The notes: generated by a model from the letters alone, not told the origin. DNA of 64,000 nt from Clostridia bacterium (GCA_041670165.1 JBAXZR010000004.1:6918-70917), one strand, 5' to 3'; counted from the first letter of the stretch, positions 42,774-51,812 are shown. Made by a program: numbers and translations.

Positions 42774-43163
42774 ATGGCAAGAATCGCTGGTATTGATTTA
42801 CCTAGAGAGAAAAGGCTTGAGATCGGCCTCACATATATCTATGGAATTGGAAGAGCTGTTTCAAATAAAATTTTGAAAGAAACTGGACTTAATCCAGATA
42901 TCAGAGTAAAGGATCTTGATGAAAACGATGTTGCAAAACTTCGTAACTACATTGAAAAAAATTATCCAGTTGAAGGAGATCTTCGTAAAGAAGTTGCTCT
43001 CAACATTAAAAGATTGGTAGAAATCGGCTCATACAGAGGCGTACGCCATCGTAGAGGACTTCCTGTTCGTGGTCAAAACACAAGAACTAACTGCAGAACT
43101 CGTAAAGGACCAAGAAAGGTTGTAGGCGGAAGTAGTAAAAAAGGCCTTGTATCAAAGGGCTAA
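42774..43163 (+). CDS. rpsM: 30S ribosomal protein S13
   Basis: [21 protein letters not shown]. Confidence 0.99.
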   Translation: MARIAGIDLPREKRLEIGLTYIYGIGRAVSNKILKETGLNPDIRVKDLDENDVAKLRNYIEKNYPVEGDLRKEVALNIKRLVEIGSYRGVRHRRGLPVRGQNTRTNCRTRKGPRKVVGGSSKKGLVSKG

Positions 43164-43175
43164 AGGAGATAAAAC

Positions 43176-43565
43176 ATGGCTGCAAGTGAAAAACCAAAAA
43201 AGAAAAGAATAAGCAAAAACATTGAAAAAGGCGCGTGCCACATTTTAAGTTCCTTTAACAACACAAATGTAACTTTCACTGATTGCGATGGCAATGCAAT
43301 TGCATGGGCCAGCTCAGGAAAGCTTGGTTTTAAAGGATCAAAAAAGAGCACTCCTTTCGCAGCTCAACAATGCGTTGAAGATGCTGCAAAAGTTGCTAAA
43401 GAACATGGTATCAAATCTGTTGATGTTTATGTTAAGGGTCCAGGAAATGGAAGAGAAAGCGCAATTCGTGCTTTGCAAACTGCTGAAATTGGAGTAACAA
43501 TGATTAGGGATGTAAGCCCAATCGCTCACAATGGATGTCGCCCACCAAAAGTTAGAAGAATCTAA
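43176..43565 (+). CDS. rpsK: 30S ribosomal protein S11
   Basis: [21 protein letters not shown]. Confidence 0.99.
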   Translation: MAASEKPKKKRISKNIEKGACHILSSFNNTNVTFTDCDGNAIAWASSGKLGFKGSKKSTPFAAQQCVEDAAKVAKEHGIKSVDVYVKGPGNGRESAIRALQTAEIGVTMIRDVSPIAHNGCRPPKVRRI

Positions 43566-43579
43566 AAAGGAGAAAATTT

Positions 43580-44200
43580 ATGGCTAAATTGATATGCCCA
43601 GATTGCCGTCTGTGCAGAAGAGAAGGCTGCAAGCTTTTCTTGAAGGGTGAAAGATGCACTAGCAAGAAATGTGCCTTCGAGAGAAGACCAAGCTTACCAG
43701 GACAACATGGACTAGGCAAAAAAAAGGTTACTGAATATGGAGAACAACTCCGTGAAAAACAAAAAGTAAAAAGAGCATACGGAATTTTGGAAAGACAATT
43801 TTCAAATTACTATGACGAAGCTGCTAAGAGTAAAGCTGTTACAGGACTTGCACTTCTTCAAATGCTTGAAAAAAGACTTGATAATGTTGTTTACAGAATG
43901 GGAATTGCTTCATCAAGAAGCGAAGCTCGTCAAATTGTAAACCATGCTCAAATCACAGTTAATGGCAAAACAGTTAATATTCCTTCATTCCAAGTTAAAG
44001 TTGGAGATATAATTGCTGTTAAAGAAAACAAAAAAGAACTTGAAATGTTTAAACAACTTAAAGGTATGAAAACTATTATGCCTAAGTGGGTTGAATTCAA
44101 CAGTGAAACATTGTCAGGAAAAATTTTGGCTGAGCCAGCGCGTGAAGATATTGACCTTTCAATTAGAGAACACTTAATCATTGAGCTCTATTCACGTTAA
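43580..44200 (+). CDS. rpsD: 30S ribosomal protein S4 (zinc type)
   Basis: CRLCRREG..PGQHG..QLREKQK..RLDNVVYR. Confidence 0.99.
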   Translation: MAKLICPDCRLCRREGCKLFLKGERCTSKKCAFERRPSLPGQHGLGKKKVTEYGEQLREKQKVKRAYGILERQFSNYYDEAAKSKAVTGLALLQMLEKRLDNVVYRMGIASSRSEARQIVNHAQITVNGKTVNIPSFQVKVGDIIAVKENKKELEMFKQLKGMKTIMPKWVEFNSETLSGKILAEPAREDIDLSIREHLIIELYSR

Positions 44201-44223
44201 AAAATAGGGGGAACATTTAAATT

Positions 44224-45183
44224 ATGATGCAAATTGAAAAACCAAAGATTCTTTGTGAAGAATCAAACAATTCAAGTTTTGCCCGTTTCACCGTTGAGCC
44301 TCTTGAAAAAGGCTATGGAATCACACTTGGAAACTGCATGAGAAGAGTTCTTCTCTCATCTCTCCCAGGTGCTGCTGCCGTTGCAATAAAAATCAAAGGC
44401 GTTCGTCATGAATTCACAACAATTCCTGGCGTTGAAGAAGATGTTGTTGACATTGTTCTTAATCTTAAGAACTTAGCTGTTTCAACAAGCAACAGAGATG
44501 ATAATTTCACAACTGAAATTCATCTTAATGCTGTTAAAGGCGGAAAAGTTTATGCAAAAGATTTTGAACCAAATGATCAAGTAACAATTCTTAACCCAGA
44601 ACTTCTTATCTGTACACTAGCTGAAGGAGCAAAATTTGATCTTACAGTTCTTATTGGCAGAGGCAGAGGTTATGTTGCTGGTTCAGTTAATAAAGATAAA
44701 ATTCAAGACATTGAATACATAGCAATTGACTCTCTTTTCTCACCAGTTAAGAAAGTTAGCTACAGTGTTGAAGCAGTTCGTAAAGGTCAAAATATGGACT
44801 TTGACAAACTTATTCTTGAAGTTCAATCAAATGGAACAATGCCAGCAAGAGAAATCATTAGCTTAGCAGGAAAAATTATTCTAGAACATATTTCTTTGTT
44901 CACAAGTCTTTGTGAAACTATTGAAGGTGTTGGAGATAAAATTCTTGTTAACAAACAAAGTGATGAAACAACCAAAACTATGGAATTACCAATTGAAGAG
45001 ATGGATCTTTCAGTTCGTTCTTACAACTGTTTAAAAAGAGCAAACATCAACACAATTGAAGATATCACAAGAAAAACCAAGAGCGAAATGCTCAAGGTTA
45101 AGAATCTTGGACAAAAATCACTAGAAGAAGTGATAATCAAGCTTGAAAGCATGGGATTGTCGCTTAAATCGGAAGAAGATTAA
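44224..45183 (+). CDS. rpoA: RNA polymerase subunit alpha
   Basis: [32 protein letters not shown]. Confidence 0.99.
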   Translation: MMQIEKPKILCEESNNSSFARFTVEPLEKGYGITLGNCMRRVLLSSLPGAAAVAIKIKGVRHEFTTIPGVEEDVVDIVLNLKNLAVSTSNRDDNFTTEIHLNAVKGGKVYAKDFEPNDQVTILNPELLICTLAEGAKFDLTVLIGRGRGYVAGSVNKDKIQDIEYIAIDSLFSPVKKVSYSVEAVRKGQNMDFDKLILEVQSNGTMPAREIISLAGKIILEHISLFTSLCETIEGVGDKILVNKQSDETTKTMELPIEEMDLSVRSYNCLKRANINTIEDITRKTKSEMLKVKNLGQKSLEEVIIKLESMGLSLKSEED

Positions 45184-45197
45184 TAAAGGAGAAAAAT

Positions 45198-45707
45198 ATG
45201 GCAATCGAAAAATTGGGAAGGCCAACAAAAGCAAGACTTGCGGTTTTAAGAAACCAAGTTTCTCGCCTTCTCTGGGACGGAAAAGTTGAAACAACTGTTG
45301 CTAAAGCAAAATCTGTTTCAAGTGCTGCTGAAAAAGTTCTCACTCTTGCAATCAATTCATACAACGACACTGTGAAAGTTACAAAAACAATCACAGATGC
45401 AAATGGAAACAAAGTTGAAAAAGAGTTTTTGAACGATGGTGCAACAAAACTTGCTGCAAGACGCCAAATTTCAAAAATCGTTTATGACTTGCAAGAACAA
45501 AGAAAACCAAAAGAAGCAATCGCAGTTTTCAAAGCAAGAACAGAAAATATTGCTCACCCACTTGTTGAGAAAATATTTAATGAACTCGCTCCAAAATTCG
45601 CAGAACGCGCAAAAACCACTGGAAATTTTGGTGGATATACACGAGTTCTCAAAATCGGTCAACGCCGTGGTGATGCTGCTGAAATGGCAATCATTGACCT
45701 TATCTAA
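45198..45707 (+). CDS. rplQ: 50S ribosomal protein L17 (long form with insertions)
   Basis: [35 protein letters not shown]. Confidence 0.97.
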   Translation: MAIEKLGRPTKARLAVLRNQVSRLLWDGKVETTVAKAKSVSSAAEKVLTLAINSYNDTVKVTKTITDANGNKVEKEFLNDGATKLAARRQISKIVYDLQEQRKPKEAIAVFKARTENIAHPLVEKIFNELAPKFAERAKTTGNFGGYTRVLKIGQRRGDAAEMAIIDLI

Positions 45708-45715
45708 CAAAAAAC

Positions 45716-45740
45716 AAAAAGAGCTTTGGCTCTTTTTTTT
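45716..45740 (+). terminator. Terminator of the alpha operon
   Basis: AAAAAGAGC-TTTG-GCTCTTTTTTTT. Confidence 0.8.
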
Positions 45741-45867
45741 AAAATACTGGGGTGGAACTTATATTGGGGTAGCACTAAAAAAAATACGCAGGTACGCAAA
45801 GCTTTGCTTTGCTAATTTGTTATTTTTTGGTTTCCCTCTGGAGCTCCCTTTCCTTTAAAAGTGTTCG

Positions 45868-45914
45868 TTCAAAAAATCTTTTGCCCGAACTTTAGTTCGG
45901 GCAGATTTTTTGAA
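45868..45914. repeat. Strong inverted repeat (REP/MITE-like hairpin)
   Basis: TTCAAAAAATC-ttt-TGCCCGAACT-tt-AGTTCGGGCA-GATTTTTTGAA. Confidence 0.75.
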
Positions 45915-45974
45915 TTGCATTTTTTTTAAAATATAAATAAAAAATATAAAATGGTTAAAATAATGATAATTTAA

Positions 45975-46066
45975 AAAGAGTAAGGCGAGAGCGGTTAAAC
46001 GTGGCTGTCTTGAAAACCGTTAAGATGAAAGCCTCCATGGGTGCTTCAATTCCACTTTCTTCGCTA
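45975..46066 (+). pseudogene. Degenerate tRNA-Ser(UGA) copy
   Basis: Aligns end to end with the tRNA at 50080-50167. The 18-mer GTCTTGAAAACCGTTAAG is identical (46007-46024 vs 50110-50127). Stems carry mismatches and the 3' end is GCTA rather than GCCA. Confidence 0.8.
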
Positions 46067-46211
46067 GAGGGCTTGTAAATTTTATTATTATATTTATATT
46101 ATAATTTCCCATTTGCTAATATTTAAAATTATATTAAAATATTAGTTTAAAAATATATACAAAAAATTTTTAATATTGTATAATAAAAAAACAAGGAGAT
46201 ATTTTGGAGCT

Positions 46212-47498
46212 ATGAATAAAATTTTTATTATATCATCAATTGATGAAATAAAATTATTGCAAGGCTTAAGCATGAGTAATATTATTGAAGTTATTAAAGA
46301 TTATAAAAAAGTTTCAAAAAAGAATAAAATTGAATTGCAGTATTCTAATATTTTAAAAAAAATTAGTAATAATACTTTAACCATTCAAGTTTTAAATAAA
46401 TTCTTAAATAAAAAATATAAAGATGGCAAAGTTTGCGATTATATTAATATCGTAAAGGACGATAAGACAAAAGAATACAAATTTTGTGTTAATAAATATG
46501 ACGAAATATTTGATTTAAGTAAAGGTTTGTCAAGTTTTGATAAACTTGATTACAAACTAAAAATTTCTATAACAACACCTATAATTAGTATTATAACTTT
46601 ATATGAAAGTTTTATAAGAAATCTTATTATTACTGATTGTTTAGAAGGGAATTTTGATTTAATTAATAATGAAACTATTAATTTTTCTCATTTGTCTTCA
46701 TTAAAATATAACGAAGAAGCAATAAAAAATTATTTAATAGAGACATTTTGTAATAATAAACTTTATGGAGATAATAAAAGAATAAAAGAAATTATAAAAA
46801 CTTTATCTATTGATTGTAATGATTGTAGTTCTTTAATTGAAGATTTTAATGAAATCTATTTTCGAAGAAATATTTATGCTCATAGTATTACAAATTTAAC
46901 AAATGATTATCAAAATTTGCCAATTGAAATAAAAGAAAAATGGGCAAAAAATAATAGTCTAATTAATACTCCAGAATATTTTAAGCATGCATTTAAAATT
47001 TTAAATAAAATAATATTAATGATTTTAATAAAAAAATGTTTGTATAAGAAAAAGGATAAGGCTGATTTAGATACAATAGACGAGATTATATATAATAAAT
47101 TTTACTATAAAGGCTCATATGAAGTTGCATGTTTTGCCTATAATCAGTTAAAAGGTTTAAACTGGATAACTGATACTCAAAGATATCAGTATTTTGTAAA
47201 TTATATGGTTTGTTTAAAAAATACAAATCCAATTGAATTAAAAAAAGAGTCGATTTTATGGAATACAAGTACTGTAGCTCCAATTTATAAACTTGCAAAA
47301 AAATTAATAATTGATGACTATGAAAATATAAATAATTTAATTATAAATATATATAAATCAGAAGTCGATTATTTTAAACTAGATATTAGCGAAAGAGAAT
47401 TTTGTATTAGTAAAAATTGCATAACTGAATGGCCATTATTTATAGATTATAGAAAAACAGAATATTTTAATCAACTAAAAATATTATTAAATTTTTAG
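46212..47498 (+). CDS. HEPN-motif protein (putative RNase), very AT-rich gene
   Basis: R-N-I-Y-A-H (RxxxxH) at 46866-46883, preceded by the IITLYESFIRNL helix. Start is uncertain (46176, 46212 or 46272). Confidence 0.6.
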   Translation: MNKIFIISSIDEIKLLQGLSMSNIIEVIKDYKKVSKKNKIELQYSNILKKISNNTLTIQVLNKFLNKKYKDGKVCDYINIVKDDKTKEYKFCVNKYDEIFDLSKGLSSFDKLDYKLKISITTPIISIITLYESFIRNLIITDCLEGNFDLINNETINFSHLSSLKYNEEAIKNYLIETFCNNKLYGDNKRIKEIIKTLSIDCNDCSSLIEDFNEIYFRRNIYAHSITNLTNDYQNLPIEIKEKWAKNNSLINTPEYFKHAFKILNKIILMILIKKCLYKKKDKADLDTIDEIIYNKFYYKGSYEVACFAYNQLKGLNWITDTQRYQYFVNYMVCLKNTNPIELKKESILWNTSTVAPIYKLAKKLIIDDYENINNLIINIYKSEVDYFKLDISEREFCISKNCITEWPLFIDYRKTEYFNQLKILLNF

Positions 47499-47544
47499 TT
47501 AAAAATCGCTTAAAGATAATAATTGAAAATTAAAGGTTGTTGAT

Positions 47545-49608
47545 CTATAGAACAATAATTTCTATATCAATAAAAATTTCTGGTTGATTAAGAATGTATA
47601 TTCTTAAAACAAAGCTTGTTGTTTTCGTAAAATACATTGTAATTTTGTTTAGCTTTTTAAGAGAATTGTTATAAGTTACAATTCCCAAGTCAGAAGTTGA
47701 AACCAAATTGTCTACTGTGTCTTGATACAAAAGGCAATCAAAGGCAAGATTTTCATTGGATAATGACACGACAATTCTTAGCTCTGTTGAATTTACAGTT
47801 ATTGAATTTGTTGTCAGTGGTGCATAGGTTTCAGCTGTTGCATAGGTAATTGTTAAACTAATCATTTCGTTTGTAATTATCACTGGAATTGAATATATCT
47901 GATCTCCAAAAAGTATAAAACATAAACCATCTTCACCTGAGCTAATTGCACAAATATTGTTATCACTTATCTGAAACAATCCCATATTGCTTATTGCTGT
48001 AATGCTTGTTAGATTTGAAAGATAAGCATTTAAAGTCGGTATTTCGAATTGGTAAGGCTCATAAGGAAGATTGTTAAAAGTTTTTATTTCAATTGCTGAT
48101 GAACTAATGGGATTTGTGAAAATTTCTTGCACAACAAAATTTATTATTTTTTCTTCGACCTTACTTAATAAATCATAAATTCTAATCGTTGCTTGTCCAA
48201 TTCCTTTTGCCATAATTGTGTCGCCAATTATGTTTATGACTTCATCAATTTGATTAATATCAATAAATAATTCTCTAGTAAAATTTTTTTTAATAACAAA
48301 TTTTGTTTTTGAAACACTTAATGAAGATTGAATGTTAGCATCATAAAACAAAAAGTATGTATCATTTTGATATGGTGACTCAAAAACTTGTTCGTTTTCA
48401 AGTTCATTGTTTTGTGCAACGAAAGTAAATGTTTCAGCTTGTGAACAAACATTTATAATTACTGTGTTGGATTGTTTGGTAACATCTTGATGGTTATCCC
48501 AACTTTGAATACTAGTGCAAGTGAAAGAAAAACTACTAACTAGTTCAACTGAAACATTGAAAGTTATTGTTTTTTCACTTGTCAGAACTGTTTTATTCAA
48601 TATATTAATATTTGCATTTGACGATAGAATTGTTTCAATATTGTTACTAGTAAAATCTAAATTCGCAACAACATAAAACGATCTTGTTTCAGTTTCTTCT
48701 TGTTTTTGAATGCTTGAAATTTCTTGAAAACTGTTGTCATATACCTTTAGTTCTATGTTGTTAATCTCATTTTCAACAACAATATGTGTTGTGTAGTCTA
48801 ACCAATGATTTTCTGAAGCCTTGACTCTTAAAACAACATTTGTTTCACCAATACAAACAGGAGTAATTAATCCATTTTTGTCAATACTTGCCACAAGGTT
48901 GTTTTCTGAAGTAAAACTGATTTCTTGATTAAAGTTATAAGGAAAAACGGTTTGTCCCAAATTGTGGCTTTCTCCGTTCAAATTTAAGGTTAGTGAGCTT
49001 GGAACCAAAACTGAAGATGCAAACACTTTTGGTTTGCTTTCTATTGCAATATTTGTTGATGTGAAAGTGAAATTGTCATATTGAAAATATAGGGTGAGAT
49101 TATATTTTCCCTCGGTCAAGAGTTTAACTTTTCCTGTTGAAGTTGAAAAAGAACATTTTTCTGAAGATTTTGCAAAATAAGCTGTGTTGCCGTTGGTATT
49201 AAAAACTGCAATTTCTTCTCCGACAAAACCAGATATATTTTTATTCATGTTGGTTAGAGTAAAATTTTTGTTAATAAATTGTGGATTTTCAAGAACAACT
49301 ATTTTAAAACAAGTATTATTTCCGTCATCATTATAACTAATTAAAGCACTGCCAACATTTTTAGAATAAAAATTATCATTATTAATATCGACGATTTCAT
49401 TGCTGTTTGTTCGTAAGCTACTGAGACTGTTTTCACTTAAATCATTGGTGAAAACCTTTTCAAAAGGTAGCGTTTGATTTGTCGAAACAAAAAATATTTC
49501 AGATTTTAGCGAAGCATCTAAATCAATATCATTCTTATTCAAACAACAAAACCCAACAGCGCCTGCAATGACAGCAACCACAGCCAGTACAACAAGAAAC
49601 TTTTTCAT
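47545..49608 (-). CDS. Secreted/surface protein with Ig-like (Big_2) domain(s)
   Basis: Signal peptide MKKFLVVLAVVAVIAGA; ISFTSENNLVASIDKNGLITPVCIGETNV is Big_2-like. TTGACA-17-TATTAT lies 7 nt before ATG 49608. Confidence 0.7.
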   Translation of the reverse strand: MKKFLVVLAVVAVIAGAVGFCCLNKNDIDLDASLKSEIFFVSTNQTLPFEKVFTNDLSENSLSSLRTNSNEIVDINNDNFYSKNVGSALISYNDDGNNTCFKIVVLENPQFINKNFTLTNMNKNISGFVGEEIAVFNTNGNTAYFAKSSEKCSFSTSTGKVKLLTEGKYNLTLYFQYDNFTFTSTNIAIESKPKVFASSVLVPSSLTLNLNGESHNLGQTVFPYNFNQEISFTSENNLVASIDKNGLITPVCIGETNVVLRVKASENHWLDYTTHIVVENEINNIELKVYDNSFQEISSIQKQEETETRSFYVVANLDFTSNNIETILSSNANINILNKTVLTSEKTITFNVSVELVSSFSFTCTSIQSWDNHQDVTKQSNTVIINVCSQAETFTFVAQNNELENEQVFESPYQNDTYFLFYDANIQSSLSVSKTKFVIKKNFTRELFIDINQIDEVINIIGDTIMAKGIGQATIRIYDLLSKVEEKIINFVVQEIFTNPISSSAIEIKTFNNLPYEPYQFEIPTLNAYLSNLTSITAISNMGLFQISDNNICAISSGEDGLCFILFGDQIYSIPVIITNEMISLTITYATAETYAPLTTNSITVNSTELRIVVSLSNENLAFDCLLYQDTVDNLVSTSDLGIVTYNNSLKKLNKITMYFTKTTSFVLRIYILNQPEIFIDIEIIVL

Positions 49609-50016
49609 TTGAGAAATAATAAGATTTTTGTCTAATTTTGTCAATACATATACCACATATTTATATAAAATTATTAATTAATATTTAATTTAAAAGATTT
49701 CTAACAATTTGCACACAAAAATTATTAAAAACAGTCTAAAAATTGTTAATTTTAATACTTAAAAACATTAATAAATAATTAATTAATCTCTTTTAGTACT
49801 AAAATTATATAATCAAAAACAAACTAACAAATTTATGGCTAAATACTTAAAATTTTAGATAGAAATATGGAAAGAAAAACTAAAATAATTACAATAATTT
49901 TAAAAATTGAATTTCAAATGATTGTTACATTATTTAAGTAGCAAAAAACTGGATATGTATATATTGAACTCGCTAGAAAAAGGCATATAAATCTAATAAA
50001 TTTAATTGTAAAATAC

Positions 50017-50045
50017 TTGACAAGAAAGGGACTATATGTTAAAGT
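50017..50045 (+). promoter_or_regulatory. SigA-type promoter of tRNA-Ser
   Basis: TTGACA-17 nt-TAAAGT with TG extension. Confidence 0.7.
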
Positions 50046-50079
50046 GTCAAAGCATTTGAAAAGCAAAAAAGTTGAATAT

Positions 50080-50167
50080 GGAGAGTTGGCAGAGCGGTCG
50101 AATGCGGCGGTCTTGAAAACCGTTAAGGTGAAAGCCTTCTGGGGTTCAAATCCCTAACTCTCCGCCA
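50080..50167 (+). tRNA. tRNA-Ser (anticodon UGA)
   Basis: GGAGAGT/ACTCTCC acceptor stem, G discriminator and CCA; anticodon arm GCGGT-CTTGAAA-ACCGT; long variable arm; T-loop TTCAAAT. Confidence 0.97.
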
Positions 50168-50343
50168 GATAAGAAACACCCATTGGGTGTTTTTTTGTAA
50201 GGAGAGTGTTTGCAAAGCAAACGAGCGAAAGTAATGAGCGGGGGATTTGAACGAGCGGTAAAGAAAACTTTCCAGTGGAAAGTTTTTACGCTCCGCCCTG
50301 CAAGCGAACGAAAGTGAGTGGGGGAATCCCTAACTCTCCGCCA
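50168..50343 (+). mobile_element. tRNA-linked palindromic element ending in a 19-bp duplicate of the tRNA 3' end
   Basis: AATCCCTAACTCTCCGCCA at 50149-50167 and 50325-50343; internal nested inverted repeats. Confidence 0.7.
50171..50196 (+). terminator. Terminator-like hairpin after the tRNA
   Basis: AAACACCCA-T-TGGGTGTTTTTTT. Confidence 0.7.
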
Positions 50344-50350
50344 CATGAAT

Positions 50351-50383
50351 AGCCCATAAACACTAGTGTTTATGGGCTTTTTT
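50351..50383. terminator. Perfect 28-bp palindrome followed by a T-run
   Basis: AGCCCATAAACACT|AGTGTTTATGGGCT-TTTTT. Confidence 0.75.
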
Positions 50384-50397
50384 AATTCGTTTTTAAA

Positions 50398-50525
50398 ACT
50401 GCAATAATTTTGTCAAAAGTGCCATTTAACCCCATTAAAACCCATATAAATTTGTTAAATCTGCAATGATTGTGCAATATAACTGCAACTGCACTGCAAT
50501 AATACTGCAATGACACTGCAAAAAT
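50398..50525. repeat. ACTGCAA-type 11-bp repeats (integrase arm-site-like)
   Basis: ACTGCAATAAT (50398); tandem ACTGCAATAAT ACTGCAATGAC ACTGCAAAAAT (50493-50525); further CTGCAA at 50461 and 50483. Confidence 0.65.
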
Positions 50526-50550
50526 ACCGTAAAAATGCGGTAATAGATTC

Positions 50551-50587
50551 AGAAAACTTTCCAGTGGAAAATTTTTACGCTCCGCCA
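50551..50587. repeat. Second partial copy of the palindromic element core
   Basis: AGAAAACTTTCCAGTGGAAAATTTTTACGCTCCGCC matches 50262-50297 with one mismatch. Confidence 0.85.
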
Positions 50588-50680
50588 CAGGAAAAGCCCA
50601 TAATCTTTTTTTAGAAACATTTTCATTTTTTACTACGGAAAACAGAAAGTTGTATGATACAATTAATAAGAGGTATTTTT

Positions 50681-51277
50681 ATGTTTTTAGGATTTTTTAA
50701 AAATGCAGATTATTCTAATCCCAGTGTTTATTTAAAACAAGGAGAACAGACAAAATTTATTTTTAATGAAACTGATTTAAAATCTTTTAAACAAGAACTC
50801 GGCGAAATTAAATTAGATAAAGATTTATTTAAAATTATCACCTATATTAATTTAAAAAAAAATTATTCTTCGAAGAGAAAATTTGAAAAGTTTTCAAGGA
50901 CGGCAAAAGAAATTTTTTTAAGTGGGGATTACTCAGGAGGTTGTACGGACTACGCTTTGGTATTTGAAACAATAGCAAGGCAACTAGGAATACCCACTAT
51001 TCATGTTCAGTTGGCTGATTTAGATTGGATTGAAGATTTAAATTCTGGATTAAATGGCGTTAGAGGACATCACATATGTGAGTGTTATATAAATAATAAA
51101 TGGGTGTGTGTTGATGTCGTAGAAAATAATATTAATGGAATTTATGAAAAAGAATCCTTAATAGTTGGAAATCGAAAGTGCTTTGCAAAGTCTTTAGATG
51201 TTTTTGAAACAGGTATTCATTCATTAGAAGAAAATAACAGAATTATGAAAAAATTATTTTTGCGAAATAACAATTAA
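50681..51277 (+). CDS. Transglutaminase-like domain protein
   Basis: GGCTDYALVF..ARQLGIP..GHHICECY....WVCVD (Cys-His-Asp triad); ATG 50681 after AGAGGT. Confidence 0.8.
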   Translation: MFLGFFKNADYSNPSVYLKQGEQTKFIFNETDLKSFKQELGEIKLDKDLFKIITYINLKKNYSSKRKFEKFSRTAKEIFLSGDYSGGCTDYALVFETIARQLGIPTIHVQLADLDWIEDLNSGLNGVRGHHICECYINNKWVCVDVVENNINGIYEKESLIVGNRKCFAKSLDVFETGIHSLEENNRIMKKLFLRNNN

Positions 51278-51352
51278 TTAAAGGGATAATGGAATTTGAT
51301 TATTTTGCAATCTTTTTGATTTATTTTGATTATTCAAAAAAGTTAGGAAGAA

Positions 51353-51377
51353 TGTAGTGAACCCCAAAAGTTGGACT
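51353..51377 (-). mobile_element. IS3-family (IS150-group-like) right terminal inverted repeat
   Basis: Minus strand reads AGTCCAACTTTTGGGGTTCACTACA, ending in the CA typical of IS3 ends. Confidence 0.65.
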
Positions 51378-51612
51378 AAATGAGCTTTAGATTAAATACA
51401 CTTACGCTCATTTCTTTAAGTAGCTTTATAGTTTTATCATATTGGTCGGAAGAATTAACAAGAAAACAAATTTCTTCTAAATAGTTTTCATATTTACGAA
51501 ACAAATTATATTTACCATCAGGAATTAAAAGGCTGGAAAAAGAGTGTAACAATTCTTCTACACTGTATTGCTTATTTTTATATTTTTCATAAATAATTAC
51601 TAAATTTTCCAT
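51376..51612 (-). CDS. Small hypothetical protein, passenger within the IS3 remnant
   Basis: 78-aa ORF with its own TTTACA-16-TATAAT promoter; the stop codon overlaps the IS end. Confidence 0.6.
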   Translation of the reverse strand: MENLVIIYEKYKNKQYSVEELLHSFSSLLIPDGKYNLFRKYENYLEEICFLVNSSDQYDKTIKLLKEMSVSVFNLKLI

Positions 51613-51653
51613 AATATCTCTATTATAACATTTTTAATTTTTTTGTAAAGATT

Positions 51654-51812
51654 TTAAGCAGTATTTTGCAGCCTAAACTGTACGGGGCTCATTTTTAGTT
51701 TTAGTTGAATGCGGTTGTTGTTAAAATAGTGAATGTAGTTGTGCAAGGCCTCAATAAAATCTTCAGAAGATTTGTAGTGGTGGTTGTAATACATTTTTTT
51801 TTTAATGCTGGA
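51654..51812 (-). pseudogene. IS3-family transposase C-terminal remnant (not in ORF track)
   Basis: Manual translation SSIKKKMYYNHHYKSSEDFIEALHNYIHYFNNNRIQLKLKMSPVQFRLQNTA*, matching the YI.YYN..R...L..SP..YR tail of IS3 transposases. Confidence 0.85.

Noticed and set aside
7357..45858. Many short overlapping or antisense ORFs within ribosomal and elongation-factor genes
   Set aside because: They are shadow frames of highly conserved genes with no RBS or recognisable motifs.
50080..50167. Selenocysteine or UGA-suppressor tRNA
   Set aside because: The anticodon is UGA (reads UCA, Ser), not UCA, and the acceptor stem is a normal 7 bp.
50146..50588. Minus-strand ORFs of 66 and 68 aa
   Set aside because: They are translations of the tRNA end and repeat elements with no coding signals.
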